The notes beneath the pieces are model-generated. The model ran no database searches. It was not told the DNA's origin and worked only from the letters and a program-made list of their open reading frames with translations. The position numbers and the translations under genes are program-made. A DNA stretch of 60,958 bases, counting the filler. It is 4 parts of 4 records of this genome, joined end to end, with 100 filler letters (N's around TTAATTAATTAA, not from the genome) between each part and the next. Parts side by side here need not be neighbours in the genome. Positions count along the whole stretch, not along the records: positions 1 to 16,240 come from SRR31156797_17516; positions 16,341 to 26,568 come from SRR31156797_17561; 2 more parts are not named here. The stretch is one strand, 5' to 3'. This document shows, in pieces, positions 9,906 to 19,034 of the stretch (position 1 is the first letter of the stretch; the number at the start of each line of letters is the position of its first letter).

Positions 9906-11816
9906 ATGCAATTATTACTCATCCATTCTGATTACATTGAATATGAAGTGAAAAAAAGCACTCCCGTTGCTGAAAAAATAGAAGACTCTTTCAAACAGGG
10001 CAGGCTTGAAGAGGCTCTTACAGCATTTATTGCCGTGGAAAAAGTTGATGAAGCCAGCACAGAAGGCGCTATTTCCAGAGCAGTAGACGAGATAAGGAAT
10101 GTGGCTGCTCAGGTAAAAGCTGAGAATATAATGGTCTATCCTTATGCCCACTTAAGTTCTGATCTTTCTTCACCAAAGGCCGGTGTTGCTGTTCTTAAAG
10201 GAATTGAAGCTAAACTGTCTTCAGAATTCAACGTAAAGAGAGCACCATTTGGCTGGTACAAGGCATTCAAAATAAGCTGTAAAGGCCATCCTCTCTCCGA
10301 ACTTTCACGTTCAATTGTTCCTGATGATTCAGTTTCTACTTCAGAAGCACCGGAATGTGGAGAAGTTGTAAAGGAAGAGGTTGTTTCTGAAGCGCTTAAG
10401 GCTGAGGACACCGCAAAGTCCTACTGGCATGTGCTGACCCCGGATGGTGTCCTGCACGATGCAACTACTTTTGATTTCACAGGACATGACAATCTCAGTA
10501 AGTTCGTTGATTATGAGATATCCAAGAAGAGGGCTGTTGAAAAAGCACCTCCTCACGTTGAACTCATGCGCAGACTGGAGATAGCTGACTACGAGCCTGG
10601 ATCGGATTCTGGTAACATGCGTTACTATCCAAAGGGCCGCCTGATGAAATCCCTTCTTGAGAATTTCGTACTTGAGGAAACCTCAAAGGTGGATGCAATG
10701 GAGGTTGAAACACCTCTAATGTATGATATGAACCATCCTACTCTTAAGAAATACCTTGACAGGTTCCCTGCACGTCAGTATTCAATAGAATCCGACAAGA
10801 GGCAGATGTTCCTCAGGTTCGCTGCATGTTTCGGTCAGTTCCTGATGAACCATGACATGACCATCTCCTACAAGAACCTGCCACTCAAGATGGTCGAGAT
10901 GACCAGGTACAGCTTCAGAAAGGAGCAGCGTGGAGAGCTTGTGGGTCTGAGACGTCTCAGGGCTTTCACAATGCCTGATATGCACAGTCTCTGTGCTGAT
11001 ATGCAGCAGGCGATCGACCAGTTCGACCAGCAGTACAATATGTGTATCTCTGTCCTTGACAAGGTTGGTATCAAGCTCGATGACTTCGAGGTAGCTATCA
11101 GATTCACCAGGGATTTCTATAATGAGAACAGGGATTTCATCACTAACCTTGCAAAGACCGTTAACAAGCCGGTACTTATTGAGATGTGGGATACCCGTTT
11201 CTTCTATTTTGTACTCAAGTTCGAGTTCAATTTCGTTGATGCCCTTGCAAAGGCAAGTGCTCTCTCAACCGTGCAGATAGATGTTGAGAATGCAGAAAGG
11301 TATGATATCAACTACATCGATTCCAATGGAACAGCCAACAGGCCTGTAATTCTTCATTGCTCCCCAAGTGGAGCCATTGAGCGCTGCATCTATGGTCTGC
11401 TTGAGAAAGAGGCAATGAAAGCTGAGGAAGGTGGGGTTCCAATGCTTCCACTCTGGCTCTCACCAACTCAGGTAAGGGTAATTCCAATAGCTGAAACTCA
11501 TATGGACTATGCAATGAAAGTAGCAGAGCAGCTTAACTGTCGTGTTGATATTGATGACAGGGAAGATACAGTGGGTAAGAGGATACGTGAGGCTGGCCGT
11601 GAGTGGATTCCGTATGTTGTGGTTGTCGGTGACAGCGAAGTTGAAAGTGGAACTATCAATGTGACTATCCGTGCAGAGTCTCAGCCAAAGAAGCCAGTAA
11701 AAGTTGCGATGACTCCTGAGGAGCTGAATTCCAGAATAGCTTCCGAGACAGAAGATATGCCATACAAAGGACTCTGTCTTGCAAAGCTGCTTTCCCAGAG
11801 GCCAAAATTCTTATAA
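9906..11816 (+). CDS. thrS: Threonine--tRNA ligase, archaeal type
   Basis: N-terminal archaeal editing domain ([26 protein letters not shown]), LRFAACFG, motif 2 [17 protein letters not shown]-terminal anticodon domain. Confidence 0.96.
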   Translation: MQLLLIHSDYIEYEVKKSTPVAEKIEDSFKQGRLEEALTAFIAVEKVDEASTEGAISRAVDEIRNVAAQVKAENIMVYPYAHLSSDLSSPKAGVAVLKGIEAKLSSEFNVKRAPFGWYKAFKISCKGHPLSELSRSIVPDDSVSTSEAPECGEVVKEEVVSEALKAEDTAKSYWHVLTPDGVLHDATTFDFTGHDNLSKFVDYEISKKRAVEKAPPHVELMRRLEIADYEPGSDSGNMRYYPKGRLMKSLLENFVLEETSKVDAMEVETPLMYDMNHPTLKKYLDRFPARQYSIESDKRQMFLRFAACFGQFLMNHDMTISYKNLPLKMVEMTRYSFRKEQRGELVGLRRLRAFTMPDMHSLCADMQQAIDQFDQQYNMCISVLDKVGIKLDDFEVAIRFTRDFYNENRDFITNLAKTVNKPVLIEMWDTRFFYFVLKFEFNFVDALAKASALSTVQIDVENAERYDINYIDSNGTANRPVILHCSPSGAIERCIYGLLEKEAMKAEEGGVPMLPLWLSPTQVRVIPIAETHMDYAMKVAEQLNCRVDIDDREDTVGKRIREAGREWIPYVVVVGDSEVESGTINVTIRAESQPKKPVKVAMTPEELNSRIASETEDMPYKGLCLAKLLSQRPKFL

Positions 11817-11839
11817 GCTTGCTCGACCCATTTAATATT

Positions 11840-12142
11840 ATGCGGGATGAAATATCAAATGCGGAGGAGCTATCCTCTGCAACAATACTTGTTACTGGAA
11901 AGGTTCAGGGTGTATATTTCCGCAGGTTTACTGTGGAAAATGCTCTCAAACTGAACCTTACAGGTTTTGCACAGAACCTCCCCGATGGCAGGGTCAGGGT
12001 TGTTGCAGAAGGCCCAGCGTCATCTATACAGAAGCTCATTGATTTTTTACATATAGGTCCTGCCCTGGCAGATGTTAAGGATGTGATTGTTGAGTGGACC
12101 GAAGCGACAAATGAGTATTCGGACTTCACAATCAAACGCTGA
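11840..12142 (+). CDS. acyP: Acylphosphatase
   Basis: GKVQGVYFR phosphate-binding loop and GFAQNLPDGRV with the catalytic Asn. Confidence 0.92.
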   Translation: MRDEISNAEELSSATILVTGKVQGVYFRRFTVENALKLNLTGFAQNLPDGRVRVVAEGPASSIQKLIDFLHIGPALADVKDVIVEWTEATNEYSDFTIKR

Positions 12143-12357
12143 TTCTCTTTTTTTATTGTTTTTCTGATTCTATAGATTTCCTCATTTTAATTGCTTATGC
12201 GATCGTGTATGTCTTATATCTCTGCTAAAAATCATTGACAAACAAAAAGAACAATGCCACCACCCACCGAAGACGGCGCGTTCCTTTAATACCAGCCTGA
12301 AAACGATTAACATAATGTAGCTATTGAAAATTGCAGGATTTCTAAAGAGCCATTTCA

Positions 12358-13116
12358 TTAATTCTTTCTGTAGTAGAGCATAGCGCAAAGAATCATCAAA
12401 GCACTGAATATAAATTGAAATCCAGGAGATTTTTCCTCATCAACTAATTCCCCTTCAGGAAATGCTAAACTTTCGATTAAGTCTTCATTAGCAATTAAGG
12501 GGATATTACTTTCATTTGTTTTTATCGTGAAAGTAAGTGAAGGCAAAGTCATAAATTCAAGGCCAGTGGTCGAATACTTTCTAGCGATATTCTGAGCTTC
12601 TTCATAAGTAACATCATCATAGAAAACCAGTAGTATTTCTACGTGCCCATCTTCATCCCATGCCCATTCAGGTACATTCAGCCCAAATAACTTATCATAT
12701 TTGTTTTCTACCGGAATTTCACCCATCCAGCGAAGACCACTTTCAGCAGGCAAATCAGCTACAGTTAAATCTGCAGGCATTGAAACAATAAACGCATATA
12801 TACCAATTCCTTCAATTAATTGAACACCGTAATCTTCCAACATTTCTCGTTGATCCAGATTTGGATTGGAATAGAACTGCAGATACATGTGTTTTCGTTC
12901 AGTTTCACTATATTCAGAAACAACAGGAGTTGTTCCATCAACAAGATTTGCACCAAACTCCATTGGCTCAGGGGTGAACTCTTCTCCGCCATAGTTAGCA
13001 AAAGTATATTTGTCAGAATTATTTTTCTGATCTGCACTTACGGATTGTGTGCATAGCACCAAAGCACAGATGAGCAGAGTTAGTGCAATAACAAAATTCC
13101 TTATTTTTGGAGACAT
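12358..13116 (-). CDS. Secreted surface protein with subtilase-propeptide-like domains and PGF-CTERM-like sorting signal
   Basis: N-terminal signal peptide; YLQFYSNP...YGVQLIEGIGIYAFIVSMP...LRWMG; C-terminus SPGF + hydrophobic helix + RKN. Confidence 0.65.
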   Translation of the reverse strand: MSPKIRNFVIALTLLICALVLCTQSVSADQKNNSDKYTFANYGGEEFTPEPMEFGANLVDGTTPVVSEYSETERKHMYLQFYSNPNLDQREMLEDYGVQLIEGIGIYAFIVSMPADLTVADLPAESGLRWMGEIPVENKYDKLFGLNVPEWAWDEDGHVEILLVFYDDVTYEEAQNIARKYSTTGLEFMTLPSLTFTIKTNESNIPLIANEDLIESLAFPEGELVDEEKSPGFQFIFSALMILCAMLYYRKN

Positions 13117-13431
13117 ATAATCACCGTTTTTTAATAGTGAAAAAAGAGAAGGATACTATAAAAAATATTCTATTTGTGTGATTCTCAGTATTTGAAAAAA
13201 GAACTGTAGGCAACAGATAATTTTTCATTTTTTTGGATCGTGCCGGCTTCGCCGGGCCCTTCGGGATTGTTTTAGTTATTATTCTGAAGAATATTGAAAT
13301 AGTGCAGTTGTTTAGAATTTCTGTGCTCAGAATTGTAGTTAGCAGGCTTTTTACAGAGCTGTTTTTCCGGTTCCTTTTTTCCCACCGGAAACTTCCAAAA
13401 ACTTATATCTTTACTACACATATGAGTGCTT

Positions 13432-13749
13432 ATGCCGGACAAGGAAACAAGTACAGTGGATTTATCATCTGCAACAATACTGGTAAAGCTAAAGAATCTC
13501 AAGGGAGATTTTCATGCATATGCGTCTGAAAATGCCCGACATAGGTCTTTGAATGGCTTTTCAGAAAAATTATCTGATGACCTGTACAAGGTATTTGTCG
13601 AAGGTGAGAAGTCCTCTATAAGTGCATTGATTGGTTATATTGAGATGAACAGGGCATTTGATAAAGTGGATGCCATCGTGGTGGATGATCTTATGGTTTC
13701 CTGGTCTTCCTATTCTGGTAAGTACTCTGATTTCAGCATCAAAGAATAA
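13432..13749 (+). CDS. Acylphosphatase-fold paralog lacking catalytic residues
   Basis: Colinear with 11840-12142 (LSSATILV...ENA...L.GF...EG..SSI..LI...YSDF.IK), but GKVQGVYFR is replaced by KLKNLKGDFH and the catalytic Asn by Lys. Confidence 0.75.
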   Translation: MPDKETSTVDLSSATILVKLKNLKGDFHAYASENARHRSLNGFSEKLSDDLYKVFVEGEKSSISALIGYIEMNRAFDKVDAIVVDDLMVSWSSYSGKYSDFSIKE

Positions 13750-13851
13750 GATCAGAACTTTCTTATCATTTTTTTTATTTTGGATACGCCATTATATGTT
13801 ATTTTTGCCTCATCCGATTAACTTTAATAGATTACTACTGATTCCATACTC

Positions 13852-15027
13852 ATGGAAAACGTAATTATTGTAAGATATGGCGAACTTGCCTTGAAAAGCA
13901 CAGGGGTTCGCAATTGGTATGAGAGGACATTGGTGAAGAATATCTCTGCCATGCTGGACCATCGCAGTATTCCTTATTCCCGGATCAACCGTGAATGGGG
14001 AAGGATTTTCATTGAAACTGATGACCAACGGGCTGCCCGGGCAGCAGCGGATGTTTTCGGTGTAGTTTCTACTTCTTTTGCAAAGGTTGCCGATGCCACT
14101 ATTGAATCTGCAGGAACTTTATGTGCAGAGCTTGCAGAGGGGCTCATTAAAGAGGGTCAGTCATTTGCTATCAGGGCCAGACGTACTGGTAATCACCTTT
14201 TTTCATCACGGGATATTGGTATGAAATGTGGGGATGCAGTATGGAAGATGCTTGAGTCCAAAGGAATAACTCCATCTGTTGATCTTTCCAATCCTGACAG
14301 GGAAATTTTTGTGGAAATGCGTCAGAGCAAATCTTATGTTTTTACTGAAACTGCTAAAGGGGTAGGAGGACTTCCACTGGGAACTCAGGGAAAAATGATA
14401 TCTCTTGTTTCCGGAGGAATTGACTCACCTGTTGCTACATGGCTTATGATGAAGAGAGGGGTTGAAGTTGTATCTGTTTATTGTAACAATTCTCCTTACA
14501 ATGATGATCGTGCCCATAAACGTACTATGGATTGTATGGAGGCACTTCAGAAGTGGTGTCCGGGGCATCCTCTTAAAATATATGAGGTTCCACACGGTGC
14601 CAATCTTGCAACTTTCATGGATAAATGTTCCAAGAACAAAACATGTCTTCTTTGTAAAAGGACCATGTATCGGGTAGCCAACGAGATCATGAAAAAGGAA
14701 GGTGCTTCAGGTATTATTACAGGTTCTTCTCTTGGTCAGGTAGCTTCACAGACTACGGCCAATATGTATGCAGAACTGTATGGACTCAGTGTTCCTCTGT
14801 ATCATCCACTTATAGGTCTTGATAAGAATGAGATAATTGATATTGCAAGGCAGATAGGTACATATGATATTTCCATCCGTGAGACCGGGGGCTGTGGTGC
14901 AGTACCTGTTCACCCAGAAGTAAAAGCTGCCTGTGATTCCATGTTGGTGGAAGAGAAAAAAATTGATATTGATGCTCTTGTCAGAAAATCAGTTGAAACT
15001 GCCAGAGCTCGTTATATGGATATTTAA
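13852..15027 (+). CDS. thiI: tRNA 4-thiouridine synthase ThiI (THUMP + PP-loop, no rhodanese domain)
   Basis: RYGELALKS, GGLPLGTQG, SGGIDSPVA, CLLCKR, LGQVASQT; CxxC plus a further Cys as in methanogen Fe-S ThiI. Confidence 0.93.
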   Translation: MENVIIVRYGELALKSTGVRNWYERTLVKNISAMLDHRSIPYSRINREWGRIFIETDDQRAARAAADVFGVVSTSFAKVADATIESAGTLCAELAEGLIKEGQSFAIRARRTGNHLFSSRDIGMKCGDAVWKMLESKGITPSVDLSNPDREIFVEMRQSKSYVFTETAKGVGGLPLGTQGKMISLVSGGIDSPVATWLMMKRGVEVVSVYCNNSPYNDDRAHKRTMDCMEALQKWCPGHPLKIYEVPHGANLATFMDKCSKNKTCLLCKRTMYRVANEIMKKEGASGIITGSSLGQVASQTTANMYAELYGLSVPLYHPLIGLDKNEIIDIARQIGTYDISIRETGGCGAVPVHPEVKAACDSMLVEEKKIDIDALVRKSVETARARYMDI

Positions 15028-15219
15028 TCAGGGGTGTATATTTGTGTGCTTAATTGTGCACAAATTTGCACATTTATTTTCTCTAAATAGTATATATTAT
15101 GGGTGTAATATTTTCAAATATTATTTATGTTGTCATCGATTTCATTATGAGTGCATGATGTAATAGTTTTTCTGAAGTAAAACAATAATCTTATATATGA
15201 TCATATACAATGCACATTA

Positions 15220-15318
15220 AGGCGCACAAACTCACAGCAAAGTGAATTTTTAGCACAAATTTCATCCTTTATCTCTCGTCCATTCCCTCAATTATTCCCG
15301 TGCGCCTAAACCTTTTTT
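15220..15318 (+). ncRNA. Candidate archaeal small RNA (~90-100 nt)
   Basis: TATA-like TTATATA at 15191-15197; terminal 8-bp inverted repeat AGGCGCAC (15220-27) / GTGCGCCT (15300-07); T6 run at 15313-18; no ORF. Confidence 0.45.
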
Positions 15319-15442
15319 AAATTTTCAATGCTTTCATGTACTTCATAGCTATTTTTTATTCTGGAGAGTAACTCTTATATAAATCACGAGCATATAATAA
15401 TCATATTATTATAATAATCATTTTCGTCAATAGTTGGTTTCT

Positions 15443-16240
15443 ATGAGTGAACTTCCATGGGAGAATAAAAAAGTAGCAGACATTATGTCATCTGCAGGTG
15501 AAGAAGCCAGGATTTCCGATGGCTCTTCTCCTGATGCAAATAACAGTTCCGCACCTCAAATTCCTGATATACTGGCAAATGCATTTGCTGATGTGCCAAT
15601 GGAAGAGGCAAAAATAGAGGATTCAAACATTGTTCCTGAAGCAGAGACAAGTCCTGCTCAGGAAGCATGTACATTCCCATTTGGGGATTTGCCAGATCTT
15701 TCAGCGATAGGTGCAGAGAATAAAAATGAGTCTGAATCAAATTCAGACGCTTCTCCTTTACCGGGTATTCTTCCACCTTCAATGGGAAATTTTGATACTC
15801 CTGTGGCTCCAGAAAACAAAGAAGTAGTTCCACCTGCGTCAATGCCTATATTTGATCCGGATTCTCCTGATATCGGCGGGATAAAAGAGGTTATAACTTC
15901 AGAACAACGCGTGACAAAAAGATCTCCTCCGCCTATTTTTGACCCATCTCTTCTGGATGATGGTCCTCAACTTCCTGAAATGGCACCTTCAATGTTAATT
16001 CCGGAAAACAGTCCTATGTCTTCCCAGCCAAACGAATTGTCAACTGCAGTTCCATCTGAAGGTTCCAATCCTTTTGATACTCCTTCATCAGATTCTTCTC
16101 CTTCTGCCGGTGTCAATCCTTTTGAATCTCCTTTCCCTGATGCTTCTCCTTCCGTAGGTGTTAATCCTTTTGATACTCCTTCTCCTGATGCTCCTCCTTC
16201 TGTAGGTGTTAATCCTTTTGAATCTCCTTCTCCTGCTGTT
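15443..16240 (+). CDS. Acidic Pro/Ser-rich low-complexity protein, 3'-truncated (possibly N-terminus of an archaellum accessory ArlC/D/E-like protein)
   Basis: Open frame up to the contig end; P/S/D/E-rich; upstream TTATATAA box near 15375. The family guess is inference only. Confidence 0.55.
16061..16240 (+). repeat. 48-bp in-frame tandem repeat (G[VS]NPF[DE][TS]P.....PS.), about 3.75 copies, runs into contig end
   Basis: Units start at 16061, 16109, 16157 and 16205: GSNPFDTPSSDSSPSA / GVNPFESPFPDASPSV / GVNPFDTPSPDAPPSV / GVNPFESPSPAV. Confidence 0.9.
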
Positions 16241-16340
16241 NNNNNNNNNNNNNNNNNNNNNNNNNNNNNNNNNNNNNNNNNNNNTTAATTAATTAANNNN
16301 NNNNNNNNNNNNNNNNNNNNNNNNNNNNNNNNNNNNNNNN
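16241..16340. other. Artificial contig-joining spacer
   Basis: N44-TTAATTAATTAA-N44 (stops in all six frames); abrupt change in composition and taxonomy across it. Confidence 0.97.
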
Positions 16341-16390
16341 GCCGCCGGGGGATGATAGGGGCCCGGTTTTTTCTCCGGGCCGGGCTTTTG

Positions 16391-17776
16391 TTATTGCTCT
16401 TCAAACACAGGGGGTTTGATCTTGAACCCCTTTGTTTTCCAGATGCAGTAGACAAATCCGATGGACAGCCAGGAAAAGCCCAGTATCAGGGCATTGGTCT
16501 GAAGATTTATCCAGACGTATAAAATAATGATAAATCCGATCACAGGCATGACCAGGTATTTGAAAAGAGAAGCCTTGTCCCTGAGTCCTTTGCGAATGAT
16601 ATAATGGTTGACCACGCAGATGTGGAGGAACAAAAAGCCGGTTAGGGCGCCGAAGTTGCACAATGAGGTCAGAAGATCCAGGCTCAGGACCACGCCGATG
16701 AGGATGGAAACCCCGGCCACAAAATAGGTGCTCATATAGGGGGTTTTAAACCTGGGGTGAACCTTGGATAAAAAGCTCGGCATAAGCTTGTCCCTGGACA
16801 TGGAATACAAAAGGCGGGAGATGGCCGTCTGGGCCACAAGGCCGTCTCCCACTCCCCAGGCAATGGCCGTACCCAGGGCCACAAGGAGTTTCAGCCAGTT
16901 GCCGCCGGCTGCCTGGGCCACCTGGTAAAAGGCCGTGTCCGGGTTGGTGAAGCTGGTATGGTCCGGGATGATCAGGCCGGCCAGATAGGTTTGAAGGACA
17001 AAGAGGCCGCCCACCAGAAACAGGGCGGTAAGGGTGGCTTTCCCCACGATTTTGGAGGGGTCTTTGGTCTCTTCGGCCAGGGTGGAAATGGCATCAAATC
17101 CCAGAAAACTCAAGACGGCCAGGGAGGTGGCCGCCATGACCATGTCCACGCTGAAGGCATTGGGCTTGTAAAAGGGTTCTATGGTGAAGGCCCCTGCTCC
17201 CACCCCGTTCATTACGGCAACCACTGCCGCCACAATAAATGCCACCAGCACGGCAACCTCAAAAATCATGAGCCCGATATTGGCCTTGGCCGTTATTTCC
17301 ACCCCCCGGATATTGACGATGGTGTTGCAGACCACAAACAGGGCGATCCAGCCCCAATAGGGGATGGCCGGCATCATTTCCTGTAGGGCATACCCGGCAA
17401 CCAGGTAGACCAGGGCCGGGACCAGGATATAGTCCAGCAGGATGCACCAGCCGGCAAAAAAGCCCACATGGGGGCTGATGGCATGGGAGGCGTATGAGTA
17501 AACCGACCCTGCCACCGGGAAATCCTTGGACATGCTCGAATAGCTGTAGGCGGTGAAGATCATGGCGATGATGCCGATGAGATAGGCCACCGGTGCCATG
17601 CCGTTGGACACGTCCACCACATAGCCGTAAATGCCCATGGGGGCGATGGGCACCATGAATACCATGCCGTAAAAGAGAAGATCCTTAAAACTCAGGGTCC
17701 GTTTAAGTTCTTGTTTATACCCTAAATTTTCTATGGTTGAATGGTCTGAGACCGTGGTTACCTGTTCCGAATTCAT
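16391..17776 (-). CDS. APC-family permease (PuuP/PlaP-like amine/amino-acid importer)
   Basis: About 12 TM; PVAGSVYSY, LLDYIL, FLGFDAISTLAEE, SRLLYSMSRD, HPRFKTP and NFGAL motifs. Confidence 0.88.
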   Translation of the reverse strand: MNSEQVTTVSDHSTIENLGYKQELKRTLSFKDLLFYGMVFMVPIAPMGIYGYVVDVSNGMAPVAYLIGIIAMIFTAYSYSSMSKDFPVAGSVYSYASHAISPHVGFFAGWCILLDYILVPALVYLVAGYALQEMMPAIPYWGWIALFVVCNTIVNIRGVEITAKANIGLMIFEVAVLVAFIVAAVVAVMNGVGAGAFTIEPFYKPNAFSVDMVMAATSLAVLSFLGFDAISTLAEETKDPSKIVGKATLTALFLVGGLFVLQTYLAGLIIPDHTSFTNPDTAFYQVAQAAGGNWLKLLVALGTAIAWGVGDGLVAQTAISRLLYSMSRDKLMPSFLSKVHPRFKTPYMSTYFVAGVSILIGVVLSLDLLTSLCNFGALTGFLFLHICVVNHYIIRKGLRDKASLFKYLVMPVIGFIIILYVWINLQTNALILGFSWLSIGFVYCIWKTKGFKIKPPVFEEQ

Positions 17777-17833
17777 TAAAATCTATCCTTGAAATTTATA
17801 TGGATTAAAAATATCTGACCTTGCCTGAAGGCA

Positions 17834-18733
17834 TCAAAAGGCGGTGTCCACTCCGAGTTTGCGCAGCACCTCCAGGGGCATGGAGAACCGTGCGGTCTTT
17901 TCAGGATCCACCACCTGGGAGATTTCAACATCGCCTGCGGCGCTCATGAGCATGCCGGCTTCACTGAGGGGTAGTCCTGCTTTTTCCTTTAAAAACGCCG
18001 CCATGGCTGCGGTTGCCTTTTCAATGGCCTGGTAGACGTCTTCATCCGAGGCTATAAAGGAGAGCACCTCATCGGTTTTTACCAGGGGCATGGAAATGTT
18101 CAGGCCGTAGACCTTGGTCACGGTTACATCCACCTGGCCCGAGACTTCCACCCCGGAAACCATGATTTCCCCGTCCCCCATGGCCGCATGGAGATCGCCC
18201 ATGGCAAGGAGTCCCCCCTGGACCTGAACCGGGAAATATACCGTGGCCCCGGGTTTGATCAAGGTGGTGTCCATGTTGCCTCCGTGGTCCCCGGGGGTGC
18301 CGCAGTTCACGGCTTCTTTTTCAGGCGCCACCCCGATGACCCCGATCATGGGCGCCACCGGAAGCCGGACCCGGTCATTGAAGATCACCTCATGATTCTC
18401 GATGGGAATAAGCTTTAATACGGACTGGTCGACCTTGTCGCCGAGCACCCCGAAATCCGGTGCGGCCAGCATGACGCCGGGGGATTTTACCCGGATATCG
18501 CTGATGTGCACCCCAATGACATCTCCGGGGTTGACAGCGTTAAGATATACGGGACCTGTGGCCGGGTTCACCCGGTCAAAGTCCAGGGTGTCCAGGGTAT
18601 CTTTTTCCGACCGGACCTGCTCGGAAAAGCAGTCCATGGTTTCAAAGGTCAGCCGTGCCGGCAGATCGGCAGTTGCGACCGGTTTATTTGCCCGGTCCAG
18701 GGCAAAGACATGACTCTGTTTTGAAATAAACAT
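17834..18733 (-). CDS. Acetamidase/formamidase family protein
   Basis: NPATGP, HGGNMD and GDLHAAMGDGE motifs; true start ATG at 18733 after a GAGGAGGAG RBS. Confidence 0.9.
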   Translation of the reverse strand: MFISKQSHVFALDRANKPVATADLPARLTFETMDCFSEQVRSEKDTLDTLDFDRVNPATGPVYLNAVNPGDVIGVHISDIRVKSPGVMLAAPDFGVLGDKVDQSVLKLIPIENHEVIFNDRVRLPVAPMIGVIGVAPEKEAVNCGTPGDHGGNMDTTLIKPGATVYFPVQVQGGLLAMGDLHAAMGDGEIMVSGVEVSGQVDVTVTKVYGLNISMPLVKTDEVLSFIASDEDVYQAIEKATAAMAAFLKEKAGLPLSEAGMLMSAAGDVEISQVVDPEKTARFSMPLEVLRKLGVDTAF

Positions 18734-18797
18734 TGTTCTCCTCCTCGTGTTTTGTTCCCGGGGGCCGGGAACCTGATAATGTACAGAGGAGAATTTG

Positions 18798-18814
18798 AGC
18801 AAGAAGGATACCAG
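18798..18814 (-). promoter_or_regulatory. Sigma54 (-24/-12) promoter for the amidase-permease operon
   Basis: Minus strand CTGGTATCCTTCTTGCT = GG-N10-GC, about 65 nt upstream of the amidase ATG; a sigma54 activator gene is adjacent. Confidence 0.75.
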
Positions 18815-19034
18815 ATCTGCGGGGGGACAAGGATTCCCGTGCATCCCCCGTTACACGGGGATAATAGCCCGGGGCTTTGGGAAAAGGATCGGGTCAAACT
18901 CCGGGGACAGATGTCCTTGATTCTGCCGGAAAATCAAGGCCGGTCGCCCCAGACCCCGGTCCGGCCGGGAACAGGGACAATTATCCCGGGACGGCCCCTT
19001 GTCCCCGGGGTTGCAGCAGCCGGCCCGGGCCGGA

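Noticed and set aside
13241-13267. GC-rich CTTCG mini-hairpins (CCGGCTTCGCCGG, CCCTTCGGG), and CGCGCCGTCTTCGG on the minus strand near 12268-12281, flanking the PGF-CTERM gene
   Set aside because: Could be interspersed palindromic repeats, but there is only one copy of each and no transposase or target duplication is visible.
16061-16240. Regularly spaced repeats as a possible CRISPR array
   Set aside because: The units are in-frame coding repeats with no unique spacers, and no cas genes are present.
16285-16296. TTAATTAATTAA as a biological motif, and archaea-to-bacteria gene transfer across it
   Set aside because: Synthetic six-frame stop linker inside N padding.
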